Program-made: the position numbers and the translations under genes | Origin: Zygophlyctis sp. KS116 | Lineage: Eukaryota; Fungi; Chytridiomycota | Assembly: GCA_054661495.1 (NCBI GenBank) | Contig: BAAFSQ010000037.1 | Span: 1-32,000 of the forward strand | Length of the DNA: 32,000 nt | Direction: 5' to 3' | Notes under the pieces: generated by a model | Told to the model about the DNA's origin: nothing | Databases searched by the model: none | The model's input: only the letters and a program-made list of their open reading frames with translations | Shown: piece after piece, positions 11,111 through 20,415 of the stretch | How positions within the stretch are numbered: the first letter of the stretch is position 1 | Layout: each line of letters begins with the position of its first letter

Positions 11111-12042
11111 ATGAATTGCTTCTTTTGTGAGTCTTGCAATTCTAGTTACAAATGTCCCAAATGTCTATTAAACTATTGTTCTCTAGAATGCTATAGATGT
11201 CCAAAGCATTCGGAATGTTCAGAATCCTTTTACAAGTCTTGCATTGAGAAGGAAATGTCTCAAAAGATAAAGTTTGATCCGACTGCACTGTGTTCGACTG
11301 CACCGCTTGGGTTGGATTTAGACGATGAGAGGGGTGAGAGGGAAGATTTGGATTTGGCGATGCAATTTCAAGATTTGGATTTGGATTCAGCGTCTCAAGA
11401 GGAAATTCTTTCTCGATTGTCAGAAAATCAATTAAAAGAGTTTAATTCTCTACTAGACTCTAAAAAGATTTTAGATCTAGTTCCCATTTGGGAGCCATGT
11501 ACTTATATTTATTAAATTAAAGGGTGGAATTGTAATCAGGTACAAGAAAATGTAAATTGGGAAAATTTATATTCTTCAAATAGTTCAATAGATCTCTCAT
11601 ACAATCTTGCAGAAATATTATTTTATTATGTATTTACTTGTAGATTGTATAATTATGATTTTGACGACTCTGCGTGGCAAGTATTTAGGTTTAATTGGTA
11701 TTTTTTTTTAAATTTTAACTGATAAGTGAAACATTAAAAGGAGAAAAGTTTGCATTTTCAGACCTAGCTAATCTCCTAGACTCTCTTCAAAAGTTTTCAA
11801 TTGAAAAAGTTCAATTTTACTTGAACGACGTCAGGAATTTACTAAATACAAACTTTTTAAAAAGGAGTTTTCAGGATTTGTTAAGGATTGCAAATGTTGC
11901 AAGTGCACCTAGAAAGACTATAAAGAAATTAGAATATTATCAATGGTTAGTAAATAGACAAGATTTAGAATTTCAGACTCAGTTAAAAAAGTTGAAGTTG
12001 GATTTACGTGATTTTACTACTTCAATCATTCAAGAACTCTAA
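11111..12042 (+). CDS. HIT-type zinc finger protein (ZNHIT2-like)
   Basis: C..C....YKCPKC...YCSL.CY...H..CSE.FY at the N-terminus and the WEPWW motif after splicing. Two short introns join it to the 11821-12042 ORF. Confidence 0.8.
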
Positions 12043-12531
12043 GCCTTGAATAAAGGAGATGATTTTTCATGAATTTGTTCATTTGGAGGAGCATCTGGAA
12101 TTACTTTTTTAATTCCCTAATCATTATTATATAGTGCATACCAATTTCTTAAACACACAATCATTAAAGATTTTTTCTTGGTCTCTGCATTTGTAAAGGG
12201 AATGATTATTAACATCTAAACATTGCCAGTGTTCAGTCCATTCAACGTCACAATTATCTTTAAGTTTTTGAGTTCTATGATTAGTATTAAACAATTACAA
12301 ATCTAGCGCACATCTAGTAACTTTTCTTCCTTCAGGTAGACATTCTTTAGAGTCAAAAGTTTTATATCTGCATTTCATGAATTCTCTAGCCCAAGGTTCG
12401 CAAAATGTTGCAAAGAAGAAGGCCATGGATTCTAATGGTGCAGATGTAAGACCAACCTCTTGTATTTTAGGAGAGGATGATTCTCTTTCTACCCATAGGC
12501 CTTCAAGGAAAACTCCTTCTCGTTCTGTCAT
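12039..12531 (-). CDS. NDUFA8: NADH:ubiquinone oxidoreductase 20.8 kDa subunit (NDUFA8, twin CX9C)
   Basis: EVGLTSAPL.SMAFF...FC....EFMKC...CL.EGRKVTRCA, then after 24- and 25-nt introns HWQCLD.NN..LYKCR..E..FNDCVF.KLG..K.IP. Confidence 0.9.
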
Positions 12532-12585
12532 TGAATTTTTTTAGTTGCGAACCGAAAGCTTTTAGGTCATTCATTAATTCTGGAC

Positions 12586-12662
12586 AACATCTATCTATAC
12601 AAACATCCATCTATACAAACTGCCGCTCATCCGATCAACCGCTCAACCGCTCAGCCGCTGTC
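12586..12662 (+). repeat. Short non-coding tandem repeats in a divergent intergenic region
   Basis: AACATCYATCTATACA x2 followed by five 8-nt units of CCGCTCAN type. Confidence 0.65.
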
Positions 12663-12714
12663 TCAAAATTACTCCTCTTATTAGCATGCCGCTTTCCATC
12701 GTTTATTAAAAAAA

Positions 12715-13044
12715 ATGAATATGCATCTTATTCCCACTGCTACAAATGGTCATGCATCTATAATCACTCCAGTTACAATCACTACAATACAAGAATACAC
12801 CCATAAAGACTACAATGATATCCATTACAATGATATTTATGATCAATTACAAATGAAGCATTTGAAAACAGACTCGGAATTTGTTACAAAACCATTTCTT
12901 GATTCAATGCAGGCTACTCTGACCGTTAACCATCAACAAGTAAGTCATCAATTTTCCCAGGAAAACTTTGATTTTTCCCATTTAGTAGAAACATCGAGTA
13001 TTTTTTCCATGATTACAGCAGTAATTATGATTGCAATATCGTGA
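12715..13044 (+). CDS. Hypothetical small protein with hydrophobic C-terminus
   Basis: 109-aa ORF preceded by an A-run start context, filling an otherwise unexplained gap. No recognisable motif. Confidence 0.35.
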   Translation: MNMHLIPTATNGHASIITPVTITTIQEYTHKDYNDIHYNDIYDQLQMKHLKTDSEFVTKPFLDSMQATLTVNHQQVSHQFSQENFDFSHLVETSSIFSMITAVIMIAIS

Positions 13045-13104
13045 AATAGAATTTGATCTAATTTGAAACATTTAGTCTATTTTTAGACTCCGCCGCTATA
13101 AATA

Positions 13105-13395
13105 ATGGCATCATCTGACAATGACTCAATATTAAAAAAAATCATGGAGACTCCTCAAAAGAAATCTAGCAAATGTAAAGTCCAGGGCTGCAATGATCGG
13201 CCAGTAAAGATAATCGGTGACTGTAGATACTGGTATTTAACTGTTAAACTAAATATTAGCAATGAGAAATATTGTGGAAAGCATCGGCTACCCGAAGCTC
13301 ATGCATGTGCTAATATGAGTACATGTAGAGAAGAATCTGCAAGCAGACTAGCATCTAAAATCTTGGGAGAAAAGTGTGTAGGACAGAAAGTGTGA
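13105..13395 (+). CDS. AN1-type zinc finger protein
   Basis: C....C...........C..C...YCGKHRLPEAH.C once the 27-nt intron at 13233-13259 is removed, which restores CRYC. Confidence 0.88.
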   Translation: MASSDNDSILKKIMETPQKKSSKCKVQGCNDRPVKIIGDCRYWYLTVKLNISNEKYCGKHRLPEAHACANMSTCREESASRLASKILGEKCVGQKV

Positions 13396-13425
13396 TACAA
13401 TACATTTAACTTGAATTTTTACTTT

Positions 13426-16400
13426 ATGATCAAGTTTTATTTAGAGTCGACCAAAGATGTCATGATCGCTAGCGGTCTATCCCAGATATTGGTGTATCGG
13501 TTAGCGGAACATGATATGAGAATAATCTTTGTCAAGATTGCAGGGCCATTAGTCTCGGCTAGTATCATTGTTCCGACTCTCGCACAAGATCATAAAGGAT
13601 TACCTCATACATTGGAGCATTTGGTTTTTTGTGGATCTAAATCTTATCCATTCAGAGGATACTTGGATAATTTGGCTAGTCGTTGTTTATCTACTGGAAC
13701 TAATGCATATACCAGGTAATTCTAGGGTTATAACTAATGCCAAGTGAAGATCATACATGCTATGAAATTCAGACAGCTGGGGCACAAGGAATGGTTAATA
13801 TATTTCCTGTGTTTTTGGATCATATACTTAATCCCACTCTGCGAGATCGTCAGTTTATGACTGAAGTATATCATGTTGATGGTCAGGGGAAGGATCAAGG
13901 TGTTGTTTACTGTGAGATGGCCAGTAGAGAAAATACAGAGGCGGATTTATTAGATTTGGAACTCAGAAGACTCATATATAATAAAGAATCTACATATAGC
14001 TTTGAATGTGGTGGTTTAACAAAAGATATTGCAAAATTGAATAATTCAGAAGTCATAAATTACCATCAAACGTATTATAATATGGATAACTTGGCTGCAG
14101 TTATTTGCGGAATGATAGAACCAGAGGAACTATTTGAATCAATATATAATTATGCTGGGCTTTTGGAAAATGTTCAAGCCAATGAAAAAATTCATTCAGT
14201 ACGGTTATCTCCATTTCAGAATAGTAAAACATTGCATACTACATCATCTACTGTGAAATTTCCTTCTTCTGAAAGTCAGGTTGGATCTATTGCATACGGT
14301 AATTTCTTAATGGTCTAAAACTAAAGGATGGAGAGGTCCCAAATCTGAAGATTTTGATTCACTTGTAGCATTGACAGTTCTTTTTCGTTTTCTTCAGGAA
14401 ACACCATCATCACTGCTTAATCAATTATTTGTAGAAAAAAAAATCCCTTTGGCATCATATGTTGATTTGGATGTAAAATCTTATATTGAAACAGCTATTG
14501 TTCTTATATTTGGAGGCGTGCCCTACAACAAGTCAGATCAATCAAATGATATAGAATCTGATCAAAGTGACGAACAATCAGAAGGAGAGTCTGATTTCAT
14601 GACAGATGAGGAGACTGAAGATGGAATGAGCGAAGATGATTTAGAAGCTAGAGAAGACCTTTTTGACGATACTGTATATGAAAAACTGGTGCGTGATGCA
14701 CTGAATATGATTTTGGAAGATGGAGTTATTACTCAGGATAAAATGATGGATGCAATCGATCGGCATCGTAGAAAAATCATGGAGGGGTTAGAAGAAGATC
14801 CACACGAAGTCTTATGCGGCCAAATAGTACCAGATGTAATTCGATATTTCTTGGGAACAACATCATCTGACACTCGCTCAAAGAATGGGTTACCGCAAAT
14901 TGGCACTAGATCTGAAGTTTTCCGCATTCTTGAAGAGTTAGAAAAGAAAGACCCGGCATTTTGGAGAGAATTGGCCAAAAAATGGATTATTGATTCGATA
15001 ATGGTGGAAGTCAAAATGGTTCCAGATTTACAGCTGGCTAAAGAGCTATCTGAAAAAGAAAGCAAGAAGCAAGAAGATAGAGTTCAAAATATGGGGAAAG
15101 ATGGACTGCTTAAACTAGATCAAGAAGTCAAATTAGCTATTGAAGAAAATAAGATCAATATTCCTGAAAATATCATCTCAGATATGCCATCTATACCAGA
15201 TGTTTCAAATGTGGATCGTATTAATTTTTCCATAGACAAGCTCATAACTGACGAGCCTCCATTTCATGCTATTCAGTTGGTTAGAACAGAGACTCTTTTC
15301 ACACATTTTAGACTTGCATTTAACATCCAATCAATTCCTAATAACCTTAGGCCTTATTTAGTGTTGTTTCAAGAGCTGCTTTTTGATTCCGACATAGAGT
15401 ATATGGACGGGAAAAATTCAGTTTTTTTGGACTATAAGCAAGTATCTGATGAAGCTGCTCGCCTACTCATATCTCATGAAGCTGCTGTAGGATTTGGAAA
15501 TGATGTCTGGAACAGCAGCTGGCTGAGTGAAGTTTTTATGCTTTATGCAAATACGGAAGTAAATAATTGGAAAAAAGCTTTTGAGGTATTTTAATTTATC
15601 ATAATGACAAGTTTATCTGCAAAGTCTTTTTATTTACTAAATTTGATAAGCATCGAATTGTCACAGTTGCATCAAATCTTCTTAAAGAGATTGCTGAAAT
15701 CAAGCGTGATGGCGGCTCCATGCTGATTGCTCTTTCGACCAGAGTATGCTTTAGTAATCGACTACCTACGGGCTGCAACGACTTGGAAATAAGTATTTTC
15801 AGACAGGAAGCTTTCTTGAAGAATCTGTTGGCCACCTGTAATTCTTCTCCGAATGAAGTTATCCAACAGTTTGAAAATTTAAGATTTAGCATATTACATG
15901 GCGAAGGACCTGGATTTGCTCAATTTACTGTGCCCATCAATTTTCCTGAAAAAGATTCTATGAAAGTGATCAATTCTTATCTAGGCATCTGGAAAAACGT
16001 TTTGCAAGGATTCTCAAAGTCTGTGCCAGCACCAAAGATTGAAAATGTACCGTTTCCTTTTCCAAGAAGGACATTTCAGAAAACAGATGTTCATAGCAGT
16101 TTTTCTTCAACAGTTTTGGTTCCTATTTCAGGACTTGGCGCATCATTCCTATTTCAAATTGTTCCATGTGATGTAATAAACAGCCCAGACTACTTGCCCT
16201 TATCTTTATTAGTTGAAGTACTATCGCGATGTGAAGGAGCTTTATATTCTTCTATAAGAGGCCAAGGATATGCTTATGGAGCTCATTTATCAATTGTACT
16301 ATGGACAGGTCAGCTCTGCTTCGAGTTGATGGATGCATCGGATCCAGTTAAAGGCCTAATGTCATTTTATTCTATTTTGAATACTCTAAAGCATGATTTC

Positions 16401-16754
16401 TCTAGCATTTGTTCGCAGTATGAACTTGAAACAGCGAGAGCTTCTCTTGCTTATCGATTTGTTTCGGAAAGAGCGACTGGTGGGGGGATCATTTCTCAAT
16501 CATTAAGATGTGCTTTACGTGGAACTGATTTTCTTGAAATTGATTCGAATCTAATTAATCTACAAAAAGTTGCAATGTGTGATTTGGAAAGAGTCTTTTC
16601 CATTTACCTCACACGGTTTTTAGACCCCAAAGAGCGCTTCACTTTACTCACGACTTCGGATGGAGAAAAGGGTGAGAAGATACACAAGTCATTTATTGAA
16701 AATGGATTTCCAATCTGTTCAGCATCACTGAAAGATTTTGAAATAACCAATTAG
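13426..16754 (+). CDS. Peptidase M16C family zinc metalloprotease (YOL098C/Sdd3- or presequence protease-like)
   Basis: Inverted zincin GLPHTLEHL.F.GS, NAYTSEDHT.Y, GVVYCEM and IRGQGYAYG. Three introns of 26-29 nt. Confidence 0.9.
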
Positions 16755-17224
16755 TCATTTTAGATCATTAATAAACTCTAGCATCTTCAAATCTTGCACA
16801 ATTCTTGAATCTGATTTTGGTAAATTGCCACTTATATTTTGAATTGATTGCTCTGCATGCCGCGCATCAGTTATTAATTTGTAGATGTGAGAATTGAGAT
16901 TGCAGAAATTATGTAAACTTTCCTGATACTCTTAAAATTAAAACGATATTGTGTACCGGTACTTGCAGGAGTAGACATGCACGGAACACTTTTAAATTTC
17001 TCCATTAGAAGAGAAGTAGAAGTTTCCACTGAGTCAGCCAATTGTACATACAGTAATGCTTCCTTATTTGAAATCTTAAGATCGTGTTGGGCGTCCGATT
17101 TCTTTTGCGCCATTGCTAATGACCTGTTTTTGAGTTCATCCAAAGTAAATTGTATATCAGCAGCCGTCTTCTTGCGAGAAAACAGATACGGCATATCTAC
17201 AACCTGCTCTAATGTTAAATCCAT
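16755..17224 (-). CDS. Hypothetical coiled-coil protein
   Basis: A 26-nt GT-AG intron at 16931-16956 extends the 16874-17224 ORF through an open second exon to TGA at 16755-16757. Confidence 0.55.
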
Positions 17225-17432
17225 GCTGTAATATTAAAATCTTTCACGAGTCTGCGGAAAGCAACGGATCAAAATCAAAAGTCTTATTTATCACAATCTT
17301 TATTTTTATTAATAAATCTAAAGGTTGACGATTGTACTAGCCCATCCGAGGTAAATATTGTGCAAAAAAGACTTTAATAGCTTTAAAATTCGGTATATAT
17401 AAAATTGCAATTTTTCTAATTTCGAAGATTTC

Positions 17433-17507
17433 GGTTTCATAGTGTAGTTGGTTTATCACGTGACCTTCACATGGTCGAGGTCCTGGGTTCGAACCCCAGT
17501 GAAACCA
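17433..17507 (+). tRNA. tRNA-Val(CAC), intronless
   Basis: Acceptor GGTTTCA/TGAAACC, D arm GTG..CAC, anticodon stem TGACC/GGTCG with loop TT-CAC-AT and T arm CTGGG-TTCGAAC-CCCAG. Followed by a T-run (Pol III terminator); TATA-like TATATATAAAA about 30 nt upstream. Confidence 0.95.
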
Positions 17508-17930
17508 TTTTATTGTTTTTACGCAACGGGATTATGATGGAAGTTCGTTTCTCTGGTGCTGGTCAAGATAACTTTCACCTCTGTATTGTTTGGAATATAA
17601 TTTTCTCCATTATCATACTGATTGCCATGAAATTATATTCTACAGACCAATTTAGAATACATCTAAAAAGGTCAGTGAACGGCGGTGAAGTGAGAACGTC
17701 GTGGATCACGTGCACCTTTCCCAATGAAACTTGGCATTCACTTGCCGAAGATGACTTGAAATCTGAAAACCACCCGCTCAAGGATTAGAAAGACGGAAGA
17801 AATGTCGAAACTGTTACATTACTCATACTACGTGATGGCATGGGCGAACAATCTATTATTAGACTATTACTATAAATAGTAAAGTTCTATTAATAATCTC
17901 TACCTTTTTTTTCAAAAAACAATCTAAGAA

Positions 17931-18377
17931 ATGAAATTCAAACTTAGTTTAATGATGATCTCTCTCTTACACCTATCTAGAGCTCAAACCGAAGAGGGTC
18001 AAACCTGTGGTGGCTCGATCTCAGACTGCAGAGTTGGTCTTTCTTGTGTGTTTACCCCTTCTAGTGGGTTCGGTGTCTGTGTTAAACATGGAAATGAAGG
18101 GGGAAAATGTGGTGGTTTGTTCCCAAACTGCAGAGATGGTCTTTCTTGTGTGTCCCCCCCTTCTGGCGGGGAAGGTGTCTGTGTTAATCAGACTACTGCA
18201 GTTACACGCACAGTTAACCCAACAGTAACAACTTCCCAAGTTTCGACAGTAACAGCTTCCCAAGTTTCAACAGTAACAACTTCCAAAATTTCTGCTACAG
18301 AGGCTCTAGTGAAGAACGATGCTAGTTCTTTATCTGCTCTAACCTTTGCCGGATTTATTGCATTGCTGGTTTACTAG
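17931..18377 (+). CDS. Secreted, probably GPI-anchored Cys-rich repeat protein with Ser/Thr stalk
   Basis: N-terminal signal peptide, two CGG-x4-C-x2-GLSC-x8-GVC modules, TVT(T/A)SQVS repeats and an omega-like NDAS site followed by a hydrophobic tail. TATAAATA at 17871. Confidence 0.8.
   Translation: MKFKLSLMMISLLHLSRAQTEEGQTCGGSISDCRVGLSCVFTPSSGFGVCVKHGNEGGKCGGLFPNCRDGLSCVSPPSGGEGVCVNQTTAVTRTVNPTVTTSQVSTVTASQVSTVTTSKISATEALVKNDASSLSALTFAGFIALLVY
18221..18290 (+). repeat. 21-nt coding tandem repeat x3 (TVTTSQVS-type)
   Basis: ACAGTAACA(A/G)CTTCCCAAGTTTC-type unit repeated about three times. Confidence 0.8.
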
Positions 18378-18867
18378 ATCAAGTTGGAATTTCAATCGTT
18401 TCAAAATAAATGCGGCGAAACAGATTGGGCTTTGTTTATGAGAAGAATCCTTGAGTATAATAACCGTCTTTCGTTTCCAATACGACTGTACTTGATGCAG
18501 GGCATAAGAGTGATGTGATTCGTCTGGAATAATTGATCAGATTTGGTAGGATTTATCTTGATCTCGATACATATGTTTTCAAAGATATTGATTGTCAAAG
18601 CGCCTGAAAAGGATTATGGTCTTAATAATGCAATCATGATGAGTAAACGAAAAAAGCGTCCGGACAATATTTACTGATTCAGTGTTGAATTTCCTAATAA
18701 TTTGTCAACTTTATTATACAAGAGTATTTTCGGCAGAGAAACATATTCGGACGATCTTGTAGATGTACTTAAAATTTGAGTCGCGATCACCCGGGATTGG
18801 ATACATTATATGAGTAGTAGGATATTAAAAATGCACAATGCACAAGGTTTATTAAATACACAAAGGA

Positions 18868-19939
18868 TTAATTTACGGAATCAGTCACATGCTCAATGAA
18901 TGGGATCTGTACTAGAAATTTAGAAAACAATAAAATACCAGATCCAGCAAAATCTGTCCAACAAGATTCATTTTGAGTTAATTTACAAGTTGAAGATATA
19001 CAAAGAGATTTCCTAGTATTTGATTTAGATTTCTTTAATTTTTCATGCATTATTATAAGTGTGAATTTCTTTGTCTTGGGATCCACAAAAGATTTTGTTA
19101 TATAATCATCATTTTGGAAATTGTTTTCTGGAATAGAGACATTCTCCATCATTATCGGCAATAAAACTTCAACTTTGCAGAATTCCAAATTATAATTGTA
19201 ATTTGCCCACGATATTAACTTAGAAAGCAAAATCTGAAATACTCCAGAATCAATTTCAGTCTTCCAAACTATACAAATCCTCTTCCAAAGTTTCATATCC
19301 AAGATCCTGACAAGAATAATCGGATTCATACAGTCACTTGAGCTACAAATAGATAAATCACTTAATGAATCAGTTAAACCTTGAAATAATTCATCCCATT
19401 CAATTCCATCTTGATTATTCAAAAACAATATTTCTAGATCAAGATGATCTATTTTCCATTGACGATATTTCTTTAAAATATGAACTAAATCCGCATTCCA
19501 TGTAAATCCAATCAACTTTAAACTATTAATTTCTTGCATCTTATTCAACAAGATTTCTAACCAACCATATGAGATTTGCAAATCAAAGGGCAAAAACGTA
19601 TTTGTAATTTCTATAGAAATACTCTTTACGAATCCCCATACAGAGAGTTTTGGAATTTCTTTTGCAGCAATCGGCGCTAAAATCACATTTAGCAAAGATT
19701 TAATTTTAGAGTTTATAGGATAATCACTCTCAGAGTCCAAGAATTCGTAATCATAAGCCTTGATTGTTATGTCTCGCAGTAATCGTTTCGACACTAAAAC
19801 CCATCTCAACTTATCAACATCCTTGAGCTTTAACAATGATCCTGCATCACTTGTATACACTATATACTTAATCTTTATAAATACAGTAATTAATAATATA
19901 TTCCCATAGTTCTGGAGGTAAGTTGCGATTAAGATTCAT
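18868..19939 (-). CDS. F-box protein (degenerate LRR/RNI-like body)
   Basis: An upstream exon missing from the ORF track, MNLNRNLPPELWEYIINY, joins via a 25-nt intron (19860-19884) to LYTSDAGSLLKL..V.K..W, giving the F-box consensus LP.E....I...L. Confidence 0.75.
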
Positions 19940-19988
19940 TTGTGGCACCGACCTGACTTTGTGGCACCTTTTGTCGCTGGTGCCACAA
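19939..19988. promoter_or_regulatory. Three copies of TTGTGGCACC (two direct, one inverted) directly upstream of the F-box start codon
   Basis: Exact 10-mers at 19940-19949, 19959-19968 and, inverted, 19979-19988. Confidence 0.55.
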
Positions 19989-20415
19989 TCTTCTTTTCCT
20001 AGTAAAATGACTAGGAACTCTCTGTAAAACTACAAGTGTTCATTATCATTATTAATCCTTGATTATATCCAAGGGCAGAGTTACAAGATAATCCTCTGCT
20101 CTGCAAGAGTCAGGAGAGAACGACCGATCATATTTATAAATTGCCAATGGACTCGGGATTCTAGAGATTGGAACCAAGAGTAGAGGCATGATCATACAGT
20201 TTAATAGGCAAAGAGAAGAGATGAAGTCTATACTCCATCTTTGGATTTCTATTAATATATAAAGTCTCATTCAAATGCAAACCAATTCAGCTTGTTGGTG
20301 AAATTGGTGAGGATAATGAGGTACAAAAGTCTAAATAAATTCATTATAATTGTATACAAAGAGATTTTAAAATTATTTATTGTGGCGTAAAGCATACATC
20401 ATTCGTTTGTTTATA

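Noticed and set aside
17471-17788. 105-aa ORF in the track
   Set aside because: It starts inside the tRNA-Val gene and has no recognisable features.
20052-20270. 72-aa minus-strand ORF, also 18401-18598 and a 45-codon ORF at 7781
   Set aside because: Short, no homology cues, and located in likely promoter regions; cannot be supported.
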